From assembly GCF_000010625.1 (NCBI RefSeq), contig NC_010296.1, positions 1,950,001-1,982,000 on the forward strand: a stretch of 32,000 bases of DNA, read 5' to 3'. The stretch is from Microcystis aeruginosa NIES-843. Its GTDB lineage: Bacteria > Cyanobacteriota > Cyanobacteriia > Cyanobacteriales > Microcystaceae. The notes under the pieces are model-generated. The model saw only the letters and a list, made by a program, of their open reading frames with translations, did no database searches and was not told the DNA's origin. This document shows positions 9,528 to 16,440 of this stretch, piece after piece. Each line of letters starts with the position of its first letter. Positions within the stretch are counted from its first letter, which is position 1. The translations under genes were made by a program, and so were the position numbers.

Positions 9528-9683
9528 GTCTTGCTAAGAAGACCTTAAGAACCGCTATTTTTCAGCTTTTTTTCTGGCTGAGACAAAGGAGATATTGCCT
9601 CAAATTTTATTTGCGTAAGTTTTACGCAAATCTGTTTTTCTTTGTCCAAAGTCCAATTATGAAAGCAGTTGAGAATATCATCT

Positions 9684-10616
9684 ATGCCGTTAACCCAACC
9701 CTGTTTCTCCTCTTCTGAAGTTCGTCTGAATTCCATTGTCTCCCATCGCGATCGCGGAACTTCCCTGAAGCAAACCGATGATGATGACCTGCAATACCTC
9801 GCCCTGCAAGCGCGTTCCTATACTGGGACAGTGGGTTTGCAGCAGCAAGCCGCGATCGCTCGGTTACTTGATGCTCTGCGATTTTCGGGTCGGCTACGGG
9901 GTCGAGGTCATTATTCGGTAGAGGTCTATGAGGATGCGGTTAATCGAACGTTATGTTGGGTTGCTTTCCACCTCGACCAGTTCGATCCTGACCGGGGCAG
10001 TTTTCTGGCTTGGGTCAACTATCGCCTGGATATTCTGTTGCGGGAGGCATATACCGAAACCCTTGACCCGCTGGTCAGGGCGCAAAAGCAGCAATTGATT
10101 CGCCGCAAGTACCAACTGACGGCAATGGTTAGTCAAGTCGGTAAGGTTGGGCTGGGATTCTGGTTAACGTTGCAGGTTAAAGGGATCGCGATTAATGGGC
10201 AAAGCTTTGTCTGGTTGGCGGTTCTCTGTCGGTTATCTGGGCTAAGAAAGGCTAATCGGGCTTTGGGCGATCGCGTTTTTCTGGATCTGGCAAGGGCAAC
10301 GTTATCGGTATCGCCTTTACAGCAGGTGAGCGGTGAGTCTGTTGTCTTTGAGAATTTGGCTCAACCAGTGGAGCAGCTTTGTTTGTCGGAGTTGATCGCT
10401 GAGTATATTGAGTCTGATCCGGAGTTGTTGTCTCGCCCTCATGTTCATAATTGCCCGAAGGCGACTTTAAAGGCAATTTTGAGGGCGCGATTGGAGGCGC
10501 GATCTTGGCAGGAGATTGCGGATTCTTTTAGTTTGACTGTGGCGGTGGTGAAGAATTTTTTCTCGCGCCAGATGAAGACGGTTGCGCCTTTAATCTGGCA
10601 GGAAATTTTGTCTTAG
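9684..10616 (+). CDS. atypical sigma-70 family-like protein (region 2-like plus region 4.2-like HTH)
   Basis: ATG 9684 (MPLTQPC...); TTG 9669 is an alternative start. Region-2-like YEDAVNRTLCWVAFHLDQFDPDRGSFLAWVNYRLDILLRE. C-terminal sigma-4.2-like HTH RSWQEIADSFSLTVAVVKNFFSRQ. Visibly GC-richer than its neighbours and carries HIP1 sites. Confidence 0.6.
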   Translation: MPLTQPCFSSSEVRLNSIVSHRDRGTSLKQTDDDDLQYLALQARSYTGTVGLQQQAAIARLLDALRFSGRLRGRGHYSVEVYEDAVNRTLCWVAFHLDQFDPDRGSFLAWVNYRLDILLREAYTETLDPLVRAQKQQLIRRKYQLTAMVSQVGKVGLGFWLTLQVKGIAINGQSFVWLAVLCRLSGLRKANRALGDRVFLDLARATLSVSPLQQVSGESVVFENLAQPVEQLCLSELIAEYIESDPELLSRPHVHNCPKATLKAILRARLEARSWQEIADSFSLTVAVVKNFFSRQMKTVAPLIWQEILS

Positions 10617-10645
10617 TTGTAATTTTTTGAGGAGGTGAATAGCTT

Positions 10646-11188
10646 TTGAAAAACTCACTGGCTGAGTTTGCAGGGATTCTTGTGGAAAATTTAAGCTTCC
10701 AATGGGGGGAAATCAAGATAATGCCTACAGGAATTAATCATAGTTCTGTATTTTTGATTCCTCTAGAAAGGGAAGCCCATGAAATCGCGGATTACTTTTG
10801 TCAACAACATTCGGATTTTGCTCTAGCAGAACAAGTCTATCTCAATACTTTGGCTGTGTATGCGGTCAACTGTTGCTTACGGTCTCTGGGTATTGCCACA
10901 GATTTGGAAGCGAGTGATAGCTGGAATCCTATCATGCGATCGCATTTAGCTGTAGCGGATTTGGTGGTGAGGGGTAAGGGAAAAGTAGAATGTTGTCCTG
11001 TGATGCCGGGTGAGGATTTTATCGAGATTACTGAGGAGGTTTTATCGGACAGAATTGGTTATGTTTTTGTTGAGATTAATGCTGAGATGTCTGAGGGAAA
11101 GGTGTTGGGTTTTGTCGAGAAAGCTAATGAAACAAAGTTTAGTCTTTTGACATTAATTTCTCTCGATTATTTACCAAAATGTCTGTAA
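10646..11188 (+). CDS. DUF1822 family protein (short form)
   Basis: TTG 10646 lies 10 nt after a strong GAGGAGG Shine-Dalgarno; ATG 10721 is an alternative start. Motifs I associate with DUF1822: VYLNTLAVYAV, SDSWNP, GKGKVECCPV, DRIGYVFVEI, VLGF. Confidence 0.65.
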   Translation: MKNSLAEFAGILVENLSFQWGEIKIMPTGINHSSVFLIPLEREAHEIADYFCQQHSDFALAEQVYLNTLAVYAVNCCLRSLGIATDLEASDSWNPIMRSHLAVADLVVRGKGKVECCPVMPGEDFIEITEEVLSDRIGYVFVEINAEMSEGKVLGFVEKANETKFSLLTLISLDYLPKCL

Positions 11189-11305
11189 ACAAATCAGATT
11201 TGTACCATTAAAAAAACAAAATTAAGTGAGCTTCTTTTTTAAAGATCACCTAATTTTTCTTTGATCGCCAAGTTTTCAACTGTTAATCAAAGGAGAAAAT
11301 CCATC

Positions 11306-12034
11306 ATGACTAATAATATCTTGTCTCGCGTTACTGTTTTTACTACGACTGCAACCCTGATATTATATTGTAATATCAACCCAGCTAAAGCAACTAATAT
11401 TCAAGGGGCAATTTCAGTATCTACAAATTTAGGAGTGGGCAGCTCTGAATTTGATATCAGTAATATAATCAATAAATCCGGCTTATTTATTCCATACACG
11501 AATGGTCAAGATCTGAATGGCTATTTAGCCCAGAATCCCTTCCATACCTATGTTGGTCAAAATAATGATTGGTTTAGTGGATTCAATGCAGCCAGCATTT
11601 TGCCCGGAATAGTGGATTTCAATTTAGGCAGTTTATTTTCTATAACGGATTTTGTTCTTTGGAATGGTGATGCGGCTGGTATTCAAAATTTCGATCTTGT
11701 AGTCTCATCGGTTTCAGATTTTAGCTCCTTTACTTCAGTCGGATCTTTCGTTGCAAATTTTAATCCAAATGGAGTTAGTTATTTACCACAACGATTTAGT
11801 TTTAGTCCTGCTAATGCTCAGTTTGTTCGGCTAAAAATTAATACTTCCTATCCTTTTACGAATGGGTTCATTTCTATCGGAGAATCTGCATTTGGTGTAG
11901 GGACTAAATCCATTCCTGAATCATCTTCTGTTCTCGGACTTCTCGCGCTTGGCACTCTAGGTGTAGGCTCATTAATTAAGTCTAAAGTAATGGGCAAAAA
12001 ACCAAAAAATGATTCCCAAGAAGTAGAAAATTAA
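11306..12034 (+). CDS. PEP-CTERM sorting-domain protein with a possible galactose-binding/discoidin-like domain
   Basis: ATG 11306 preceded by AAAGGAG. Signal-like N-terminus. C-terminal IPESSSVLGLLALGTLGVGSLIKSK plus a basic tail (PEP-CTERM variant). The lectin-like call for the central region (FVLWNGDAAGIQNFDLVVS...AQFVRLKI) is an inference. Confidence 0.8.
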   Translation: MTNNILSRVTVFTTTATLILYCNINPAKATNIQGAISVSTNLGVGSSEFDISNIINKSGLFIPYTNGQDLNGYLAQNPFHTYVGQNNDWFSGFNAASILPGIVDFNLGSLFSITDFVLWNGDAAGIQNFDLVVSSVSDFSSFTSVGSFVANFNPNGVSYLPQRFSFSPANAQFVRLKINTSYPFTNGFISIGESAFGVGTKSIPESSSVLGLLALGTLGVGSLIKSKVMGKKPKNDSQEVEN

Positions 12035-12072
12035 TCACAAATTCACTTTACCTATTTAAGGAGATTTCTTCC

Positions 12073-12840
12073 ATGAATACTAAACATTTCACGAAAGTAA
12101 TAATCGCAATTACTGGAACAACCGTCACATTATTCTTGAGTCAAAATAATTCTGCTCAAGCAATTACACTGACCACATTCTCTCCCATCAGCTTTAGTGA
12201 TGCGATCGCGGGAATCACAGGATTTCAGATTGAGGATTTTGAAGATACAACCTTAATCCCCGGATTATCAGTAGAATGGGCGTCTCCCAATCTCGGTCCC
12301 GTTAGTACGTTACCCGCAACCTATAATCCGAATATTCAAGGTTTTACTGGTAATGCTTGGGATGGTAATTTAACATTAAATAATCTCCAGCAAAAATTAT
12401 GGCCAAACCCTATCTCTTCAACCACAACCTTTAATTTTTTTAACCAGCCTACCTCTGTTGGGATAGGGATCTCTAACCTAGAATTTACAGGCTCTAATAG
12501 TTCTATTCTAGTAGTAAATGGCGTAGATTTTGCCGACTTTGATAATTTTGTTCCAGCACCCATACTAGGCACTACGGGCAGAAGTATCTATATCCGACTA
12601 GATGCTAATACTAATGAAGTCATTAATTCTATTGGTATTCGTGGTGGCTCAGGTGATTTTCTGTCCTTCGATCGCCTGGCAATAAAATCTGCCGCACAGC
12701 CTCCCAAAAGTGTTCCTGAACCTTCTAACATCTTTGGTTTAGGCTTGCTCGGACTAGGTTTAGCCGCAACAAAAGTAAAAGGTATCCTATCAAAAAAAGC
12801 AAAGTCACCAACAGATAACCCCCAAGAACCAGACAGCTAA
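12073..12840 (+). CDS. PEP-CTERM sorting-domain protein
   Basis: AAGGAG Shine-Dalgarno before ATG 12073. Signal peptide ...NNSAQA. C-terminal VPEPSNIFGLGLLGLGLAATKVKG plus a basic tail. Confidence 0.85.
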   Translation: MNTKHFTKVIIAITGTTVTLFLSQNNSAQAITLTTFSPISFSDAIAGITGFQIEDFEDTTLIPGLSVEWASPNLGPVSTLPATYNPNIQGFTGNAWDGNLTLNNLQQKLWPNPISSTTTFNFFNQPTSVGIGISNLEFTGSNSSILVVNGVDFADFDNFVPAPILGTTGRSIYIRLDANTNEVINSIGIRGGSGDFLSFDRLAIKSAAQPPKSVPEPSNIFGLGLLGLGLAATKVKGILSKKAKSPTDNPQEPDS

Positions 12841-12852
12841 CTGCGATCTATT

Positions 12853-12882
12853 GCAGTAGGATAAATTAGTTTATCCTACTGC
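12853..12882. terminator. bidirectional hairpin between convergent genes
   Basis: Perfect 13-bp stem GCAGTAGGATAAA / TTTATCCTACTGC with loop TTAG. Overlaps the last codons of xisI. Confidence 0.55.
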
Positions 12883-13206
12883 ATAATCGGTCAATTGACG
12901 AAGTATAGGAGGATGAAAGCCAATGACAATATCTTTTTTAGGAACACCTAATTTAACTAAGTCTTCAGCAATATCTTGTTCTGTCATATTCCACTGAATC
13001 CAAATTTTATCAGACTTGAGGTCAATATGAATGAGACAATAATGTACATATTTTTCGCCTTCCCACCCAAAAGTAACGACCTGATAATGTTCTTCTTGTT
13101 CATCAAAAATAGCTTGAATCTCTAAATCATTACCAGTGGGTTTATATTGAGTATATTCTGAGAGAATATTTTTGACTAATTGACGATATTTTGCTAATTT
13201 ATCCAT
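12871..13206 (-). CDS. xisI: XisI (fdxN element excision controlling factor-like) protein
   Basis: 111 aa, MDKLAKYRQLVKNILSEY...HYQVVTFGWEGEKYVHYCLIHIDLKSDKIWIQWN... typical of XisI. Its start overlaps the xisH stop by 13 nt. Confidence 0.9.
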   Translation of the reverse strand: MDKLAKYRQLVKNILSEYTQYKPTGNDLEIQAIFDEQEEHYQVVTFGWEGEKYVHYCLIHIDLKSDKIWIQWNMTEQDIAEDLVKLGVPKKDIVIGFHPPILRQLTDYAVG

Positions 13207-13610
13207 GTTAAAATTACCTCCTGATTTGGCGAAAAAATGATTAATTTTAAATGGTTTTCTCTAATCATTAATTGGGTAAAATCTAAAGAGAAAAAAGTGT
13301 CGTAAGTAAAACTAGGAATAGCTAAAAACAAAACCCTATCTGGATCTTTTCTCTTTAAAACCGCCCGATAATTAATAAATTGTCCTAGAGCAGTATGAAA
13401 TTCTGAGATCGCTGAAGACCCCTCTAAAAAACTTTTAATTTCTACGGCAATCTTTTGATGATCTTTAGTCGCAGCAATCAGCTTTTCTGCGCCTAAATCA
13501 ACAGCCATATTCACCCCTCCAAAACTTATCGTATAAGGGTCATGAGTAATTAACCAATTATCTTTGATCAAAGCGTTTTTGGCTGCTTGATAAACTAAAT
13601 CTTTAGCCAA
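13194..13610 (-). CDS. xisH: XisH (excision controlling factor-like) protein
   Basis: The C-terminal 138 codons of the 306-aa ORF match XisH end to end ((L/M)AKDLVYQAAKNALIKDNWLITHDPYTISFGGVNMAVDLGAEKLIAA...AVEIKSF). TTG at 13608-13610 is preceded by AGGAGAAAGG, giving a plausible independent start. Confidence 0.78.
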   Translation of the reverse strand: MAKDLVYQAAKNALIKDNWLITHDPYTISFGGVNMAVDLGAEKLIAATKDHQKIAVEIKSFLEGSSAISEFHTALGQFINYRAVLKRKDPDRVLFLAIPSFTYDTFFSLDFTQLMIRENHLKLIIFSPNQEVILTWIN

Positions 13611-14114
13611 TTTTACCTTTCTCCTGATTTGATAGGTTATCTTTCCCTGTTTTGAGGTGCGGCTTGAGCAACAAGGACAACTAATTTTCTCTGAACTATA
13701 GTACTGAGTCCCATCTAGGGCGACGAGTAAGTTGCCATCCAAGGCTGCAAACAGCCTTAAATAGCCTTGGTCTCCCAGACCTTGATCAATCCATCTGAAC
13801 AGGGGAAAAAGATGCTTTGCGGCTATTCCATCGAGGATGTTCCGCATCTGCTCTACTGTCGGGATATTGACCAAACCAAACATACTTTGAGCATTATCTC
13901 GTCCACAACGACTATTAAGTTGACGCTGATATTCTAGAAATGATTCATTCTGGCGAAAAAAGGCGGCGAATGCCCCTAATATTGCGTCTTTCAGACTGTA
14001 GCGGGTAGCATTGCTGGCACTTCGAGGGTCAGTTATCCCAGGGATAACTACCTGGAAATAGCTCAGCATCCCCATAAAACCCAGTTGTTTGACTTCCATT
14101 CCCCCGAAACCCAC
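13611..14114 (-). pseudogene. N-terminal fragment of a DDE transposase, in frame with xisH
   Basis: aa 1-165 of the 306-aa ORF (FQVVIPGITDPRS...SLKDAILGAFAAFFRQNESFLEYQRQL...LVALDGTQYYSSEKISCPCCSSRTSKQGKITYQ) look like the N-terminal region of cyanobacterial IS transposases. The catalytic part is absent. Confidence 0.55.
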
Positions 14115-14253
14115 TGTTCAAACCCTTCACTCCATTTTGAAAGGCAAGAGTAAGACTGGTTCTGTATTCTGTGCTACCGTTTGAATTGGGAATTGCTGGG
14201 TGTTGGCAGGCTTTTTGGCTGTGGTCGGTAAACAGTAAACTGAAAACTCAAAT

Positions 14254-14279
14254 CTGATCACTGATAACTGATCACTGAA
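14254..14279. repeat. heptanucleotide repeat (CTGATCA / CTGATAA)
   Basis: ctgatcactgataactgatcactgaa read directly. Confidence 0.8.
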
Positions 14280-14695
14280 TCGCCCCTCTTGCCTCTGAGA
14301 AAAAAAAATGCTACGATAAAACCAAATCAGGCTTCTACGTTGGTGACTGCCTTTCAAGTTTTTTGATCTATGCTTGATTGTGATAAGGGAGCAAGTAACC
14401 AATCCGTGTGGTAGTAAACCGAGCTTGTACTCGGAAACAGAAACGCGGAATATAAGTTCCCACCTGGTTAACCCAGGTCATAAACTTAGGTAAAACGGCG
14501 TAGCGGTCTTTTCAAGTTTTTTGAGCAGATCAGAGTCCCTGTACTTCGTTGGTTTTGCCATCCTCGCTGGCCAAAAAAGCGAGTATCTATATTTTTTTCT
14601 AGATTAAAGACTGCTGTTTTCGGTAACGCTTGTCACCGCTAAATTGTGACAATCCGGACTACACTAGGGAAAAATTTATGAATTATTGTTAAGCA

Positions 14696-16072
14696 ATGAC
14701 TGAAAAACAGCCAAGAGTTGTTATCATAGGCGGCGGATTTGCGGGTTTATACACGGCCAAAGCCCTAAAAAACGCTCCCGTTCATGTTACCCTCATCGAT
14801 AAGCGAAATTTCCATCTTTTTCAGCCCCTCCTCTATCAAGTCGCTACTGGGGCGCTGTCTCCGGCCGATATCTCCTCACCTTTGCGCTTAATCCTACGGG
14901 GCCATGAGAATACAGATATTCTCCTCGATCATGCCATCGATATCGATCCGGTCAAGGGAGAAGTGATCTTGAAAGATCACCCGCCGATCGCCTACGATCA
15001 ATTAGTCATTGCCACGGGAGTCAGTCATCACTATTTTGGCAATGATCAATGGCAGCCCTACGCTCCAGGGTTAAAAACCATTGAAGACGCAGTAGAAATG
15101 CGTCGTCGCATCTATCTCGCTTTCGAGAAGGCCGAGAAAGAAATCGATGCCGAAAAGCGGCAAGCTTTATTAACTTTTGTTATTGTCGGTGGCGGACCGA
15201 CGGGGGTAGAATTAGCAGGAGCGATCGCAGAAATTGCCCACGGTGCGCTTAGGTCTGATTTCCACCAGATTAACCCCACAGAAGCGAAAATTTTGCTCTT
15301 AGAAGGGATGGATCGAGTATTACCCCCATATTCGCCCGATTTATCCGCTAAAGCTGCCGCTTCTCTCATAAAATTAGGGGTGACAGTGCAAACCAACAGC
15401 ATCGTTACCAATATTGTTGAAGGTTGTGTCAGCGTCCGTCAGGGAGAAAAGACGACAGAAATCGCCGCCGAGACAATTTTATGGGCAGCAGGGGTAAAAG
15501 CATCGAGAATGGGGCGAATTTTGGCCGAAAGAACCGGGGTAAATCTCGATCGCGTCGGCCGGGTAATCGTCGAACCGGATTTAAGTATCGCTGGTTATGC
15601 CAATATTTTTGTGATCGGGGATCTGGCTAATTTTGCCCATCAGGGAGATAAACCTTTACCCGGAATTGCCCCCGTGGCCATGCAGGAGGGCGAATATCTG
15701 GCCAATTTATTAATTTCTCGCCTAAAAGGGCAAACTATTCAACCTTTTCATTATATCGATCGAGGTAGTCTGGCAGTTATCGGCCAAAATGCGGCCGTGG
15801 TTGATTTGGGATTTGTTAAGTTTTCCGGGTTCATCGCTTGGTTAGTCTGGGTTTGGGCCCATATTTACTATCTGATCGAATTTGATAATAAATTAGTGGT
15901 GATGGTGCAATGGGGTTGGAATTATTTTACCCGCGGTCGTGGCGCTCGTTTGATTACGGGAGAGGGGCAAAATTTAGCTTCTGGACAATTGCCGCAAAAT
16001 AACGGCCAAAATAATAATCTAGCCGTTTCTAGCCAGACGGAAACTCTCTCTCCACCGATCGTGAAAGTGTGA
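14696..16072 (+). CDS. type II NADH dehydrogenase (NDH-2) / FAD-dependent pyridine nucleotide-disulfide oxidoreductase
   Basis: 458 aa. N-terminal VVIIGGGFAGLYTAKAL dinucleotide fold, second GGGPTGVELAG fold, and NFHLFQPLLYQVATG typical of NDH-2. Confidence 0.9.
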   Translation: MTEKQPRVVIIGGGFAGLYTAKALKNAPVHVTLIDKRNFHLFQPLLYQVATGALSPADISSPLRLILRGHENTDILLDHAIDIDPVKGEVILKDHPPIAYDQLVIATGVSHHYFGNDQWQPYAPGLKTIEDAVEMRRRIYLAFEKAEKEIDAEKRQALLTFVIVGGGPTGVELAGAIAEIAHGALRSDFHQINPTEAKILLLEGMDRVLPPYSPDLSAKAAASLIKLGVTVQTNSIVTNIVEGCVSVRQGEKTTEIAAETILWAAGVKASRMGRILAERTGVNLDRVGRVIVEPDLSIAGYANIFVIGDLANFAHQGDKPLPGIAPVAMQEGEYLANLLISRLKGQTIQPFHYIDRGSLAVIGQNAAVVDLGFVKFSGFIAWLVWVWAHIYYLIEFDNKLVVMVQWGWNYFTRGRGARLITGEGQNLASGQLPQNNGQNNNLAVSSQTETLSPPIVKV

Positions 16073-16128
16073 AAAAATAGCCGTGATTATCCAGTTATCA
16101 GTTAGCAGGTAAGAACAATCGATCGATC

Positions 16129-16383
16129 ATGAAAATAGAACGTCCTAACAGTCTAGAAATTACCCCAGAGGAAAGCCAAGAATTAGAATATTTACGAGTT
16201 ACAATTGAACGAGCGATCAAAGATGGTGTGATCACAAGAATAGAATTTGAATCGATTAAAATGATCATGTTTTCTAACAAGAAAAACAATCCCGACCAAA
16301 TCCTTCGTCAGGTGACACTCTATCGCCATTTAGTCGTTGAAAAAATGAATAATGGCGAACTAATTTTTGAATCTCCCCAATAG
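16129..16383 (+). CDS. hypothetical small protein
   Basis: 84-aa ORF with a protein-like charged/helical composition. No Shine-Dalgarno and no recognisable family. Confidence 0.4.
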   Translation: MKIERPNSLEITPEESQELEYLRVTIERAIKDGVITRIEFESIKMIMFSNKKNNPDQILRQVTLYRHLVVEKMNNGELIFESPQ

Positions 16384-16440
16384 GTGGAAATGCTGTTGTA
16401 AGCTGCCCACGCATTTAAATTGCTTGTTGAGATAGGGTGC

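Larger units (their letters stand above)
7459..9658 (+). mobile_element. insertion sequence (~2.2 kb) with perfect 18-bp terminal inverted repeats
   Basis: AATTGGACTTTGGACAAA at 7459-7476 and its exact reverse complement at 9641-9658. ATG flanks both ends (7456-7458 and 9659-9661), a possible 3-bp TSD. Subterminal TTTGCGTAA-N3-TTACGCAAA palindromes. Carries a DDE transposase plus a divergent small ORF. Confidence 0.85.

Noticed and set aside
9659-9718. Small ORF MKAVENIIYAVNPTLFLLF that would be joined to a GAGGTG Shine-Dalgarno (7441-7446) if the IS excised precisely
   Set aside because: It is only 19 codons with no supporting conservation evidence available here, and it depends on ATG being a true 3-bp TSD. 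I kept it as a remark under the IS finding only.
13194-14114. Single 306-aa protein as listed in the ORF track
   Set aside because: The sequence is clearly two unrelated parts: a transposase N-terminal fragment plus a complete XisH with its own Shine-Dalgarno and TTG. I annotated it as xisH plus an upstream pseudogene fragment.
14127-14402. 91-aa minus-strand ORF
   Set aside because: It runs through a heptamer repeat and low-complexity sequence, has no Shine-Dalgarno and no protein-like motif. It is likely intergenic or IS-remnant DNA.
15112-15411. Antisense or shadow ORFs inside well-supported genes. Also 1185-1394, 3990-4259, 4380-4616, 9951-10136, 10252-10476, 12336-12572, 15424-15630, 18472-18771, 20125-20485, 21112-21312, 21977-22174, 23322-23609, 24452-24649, 26608-26823 and 27239-27442.
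   Set aside because: Each lies wholly within, or opposite, a longer ORF with clear family motifs. None has motifs of its own.
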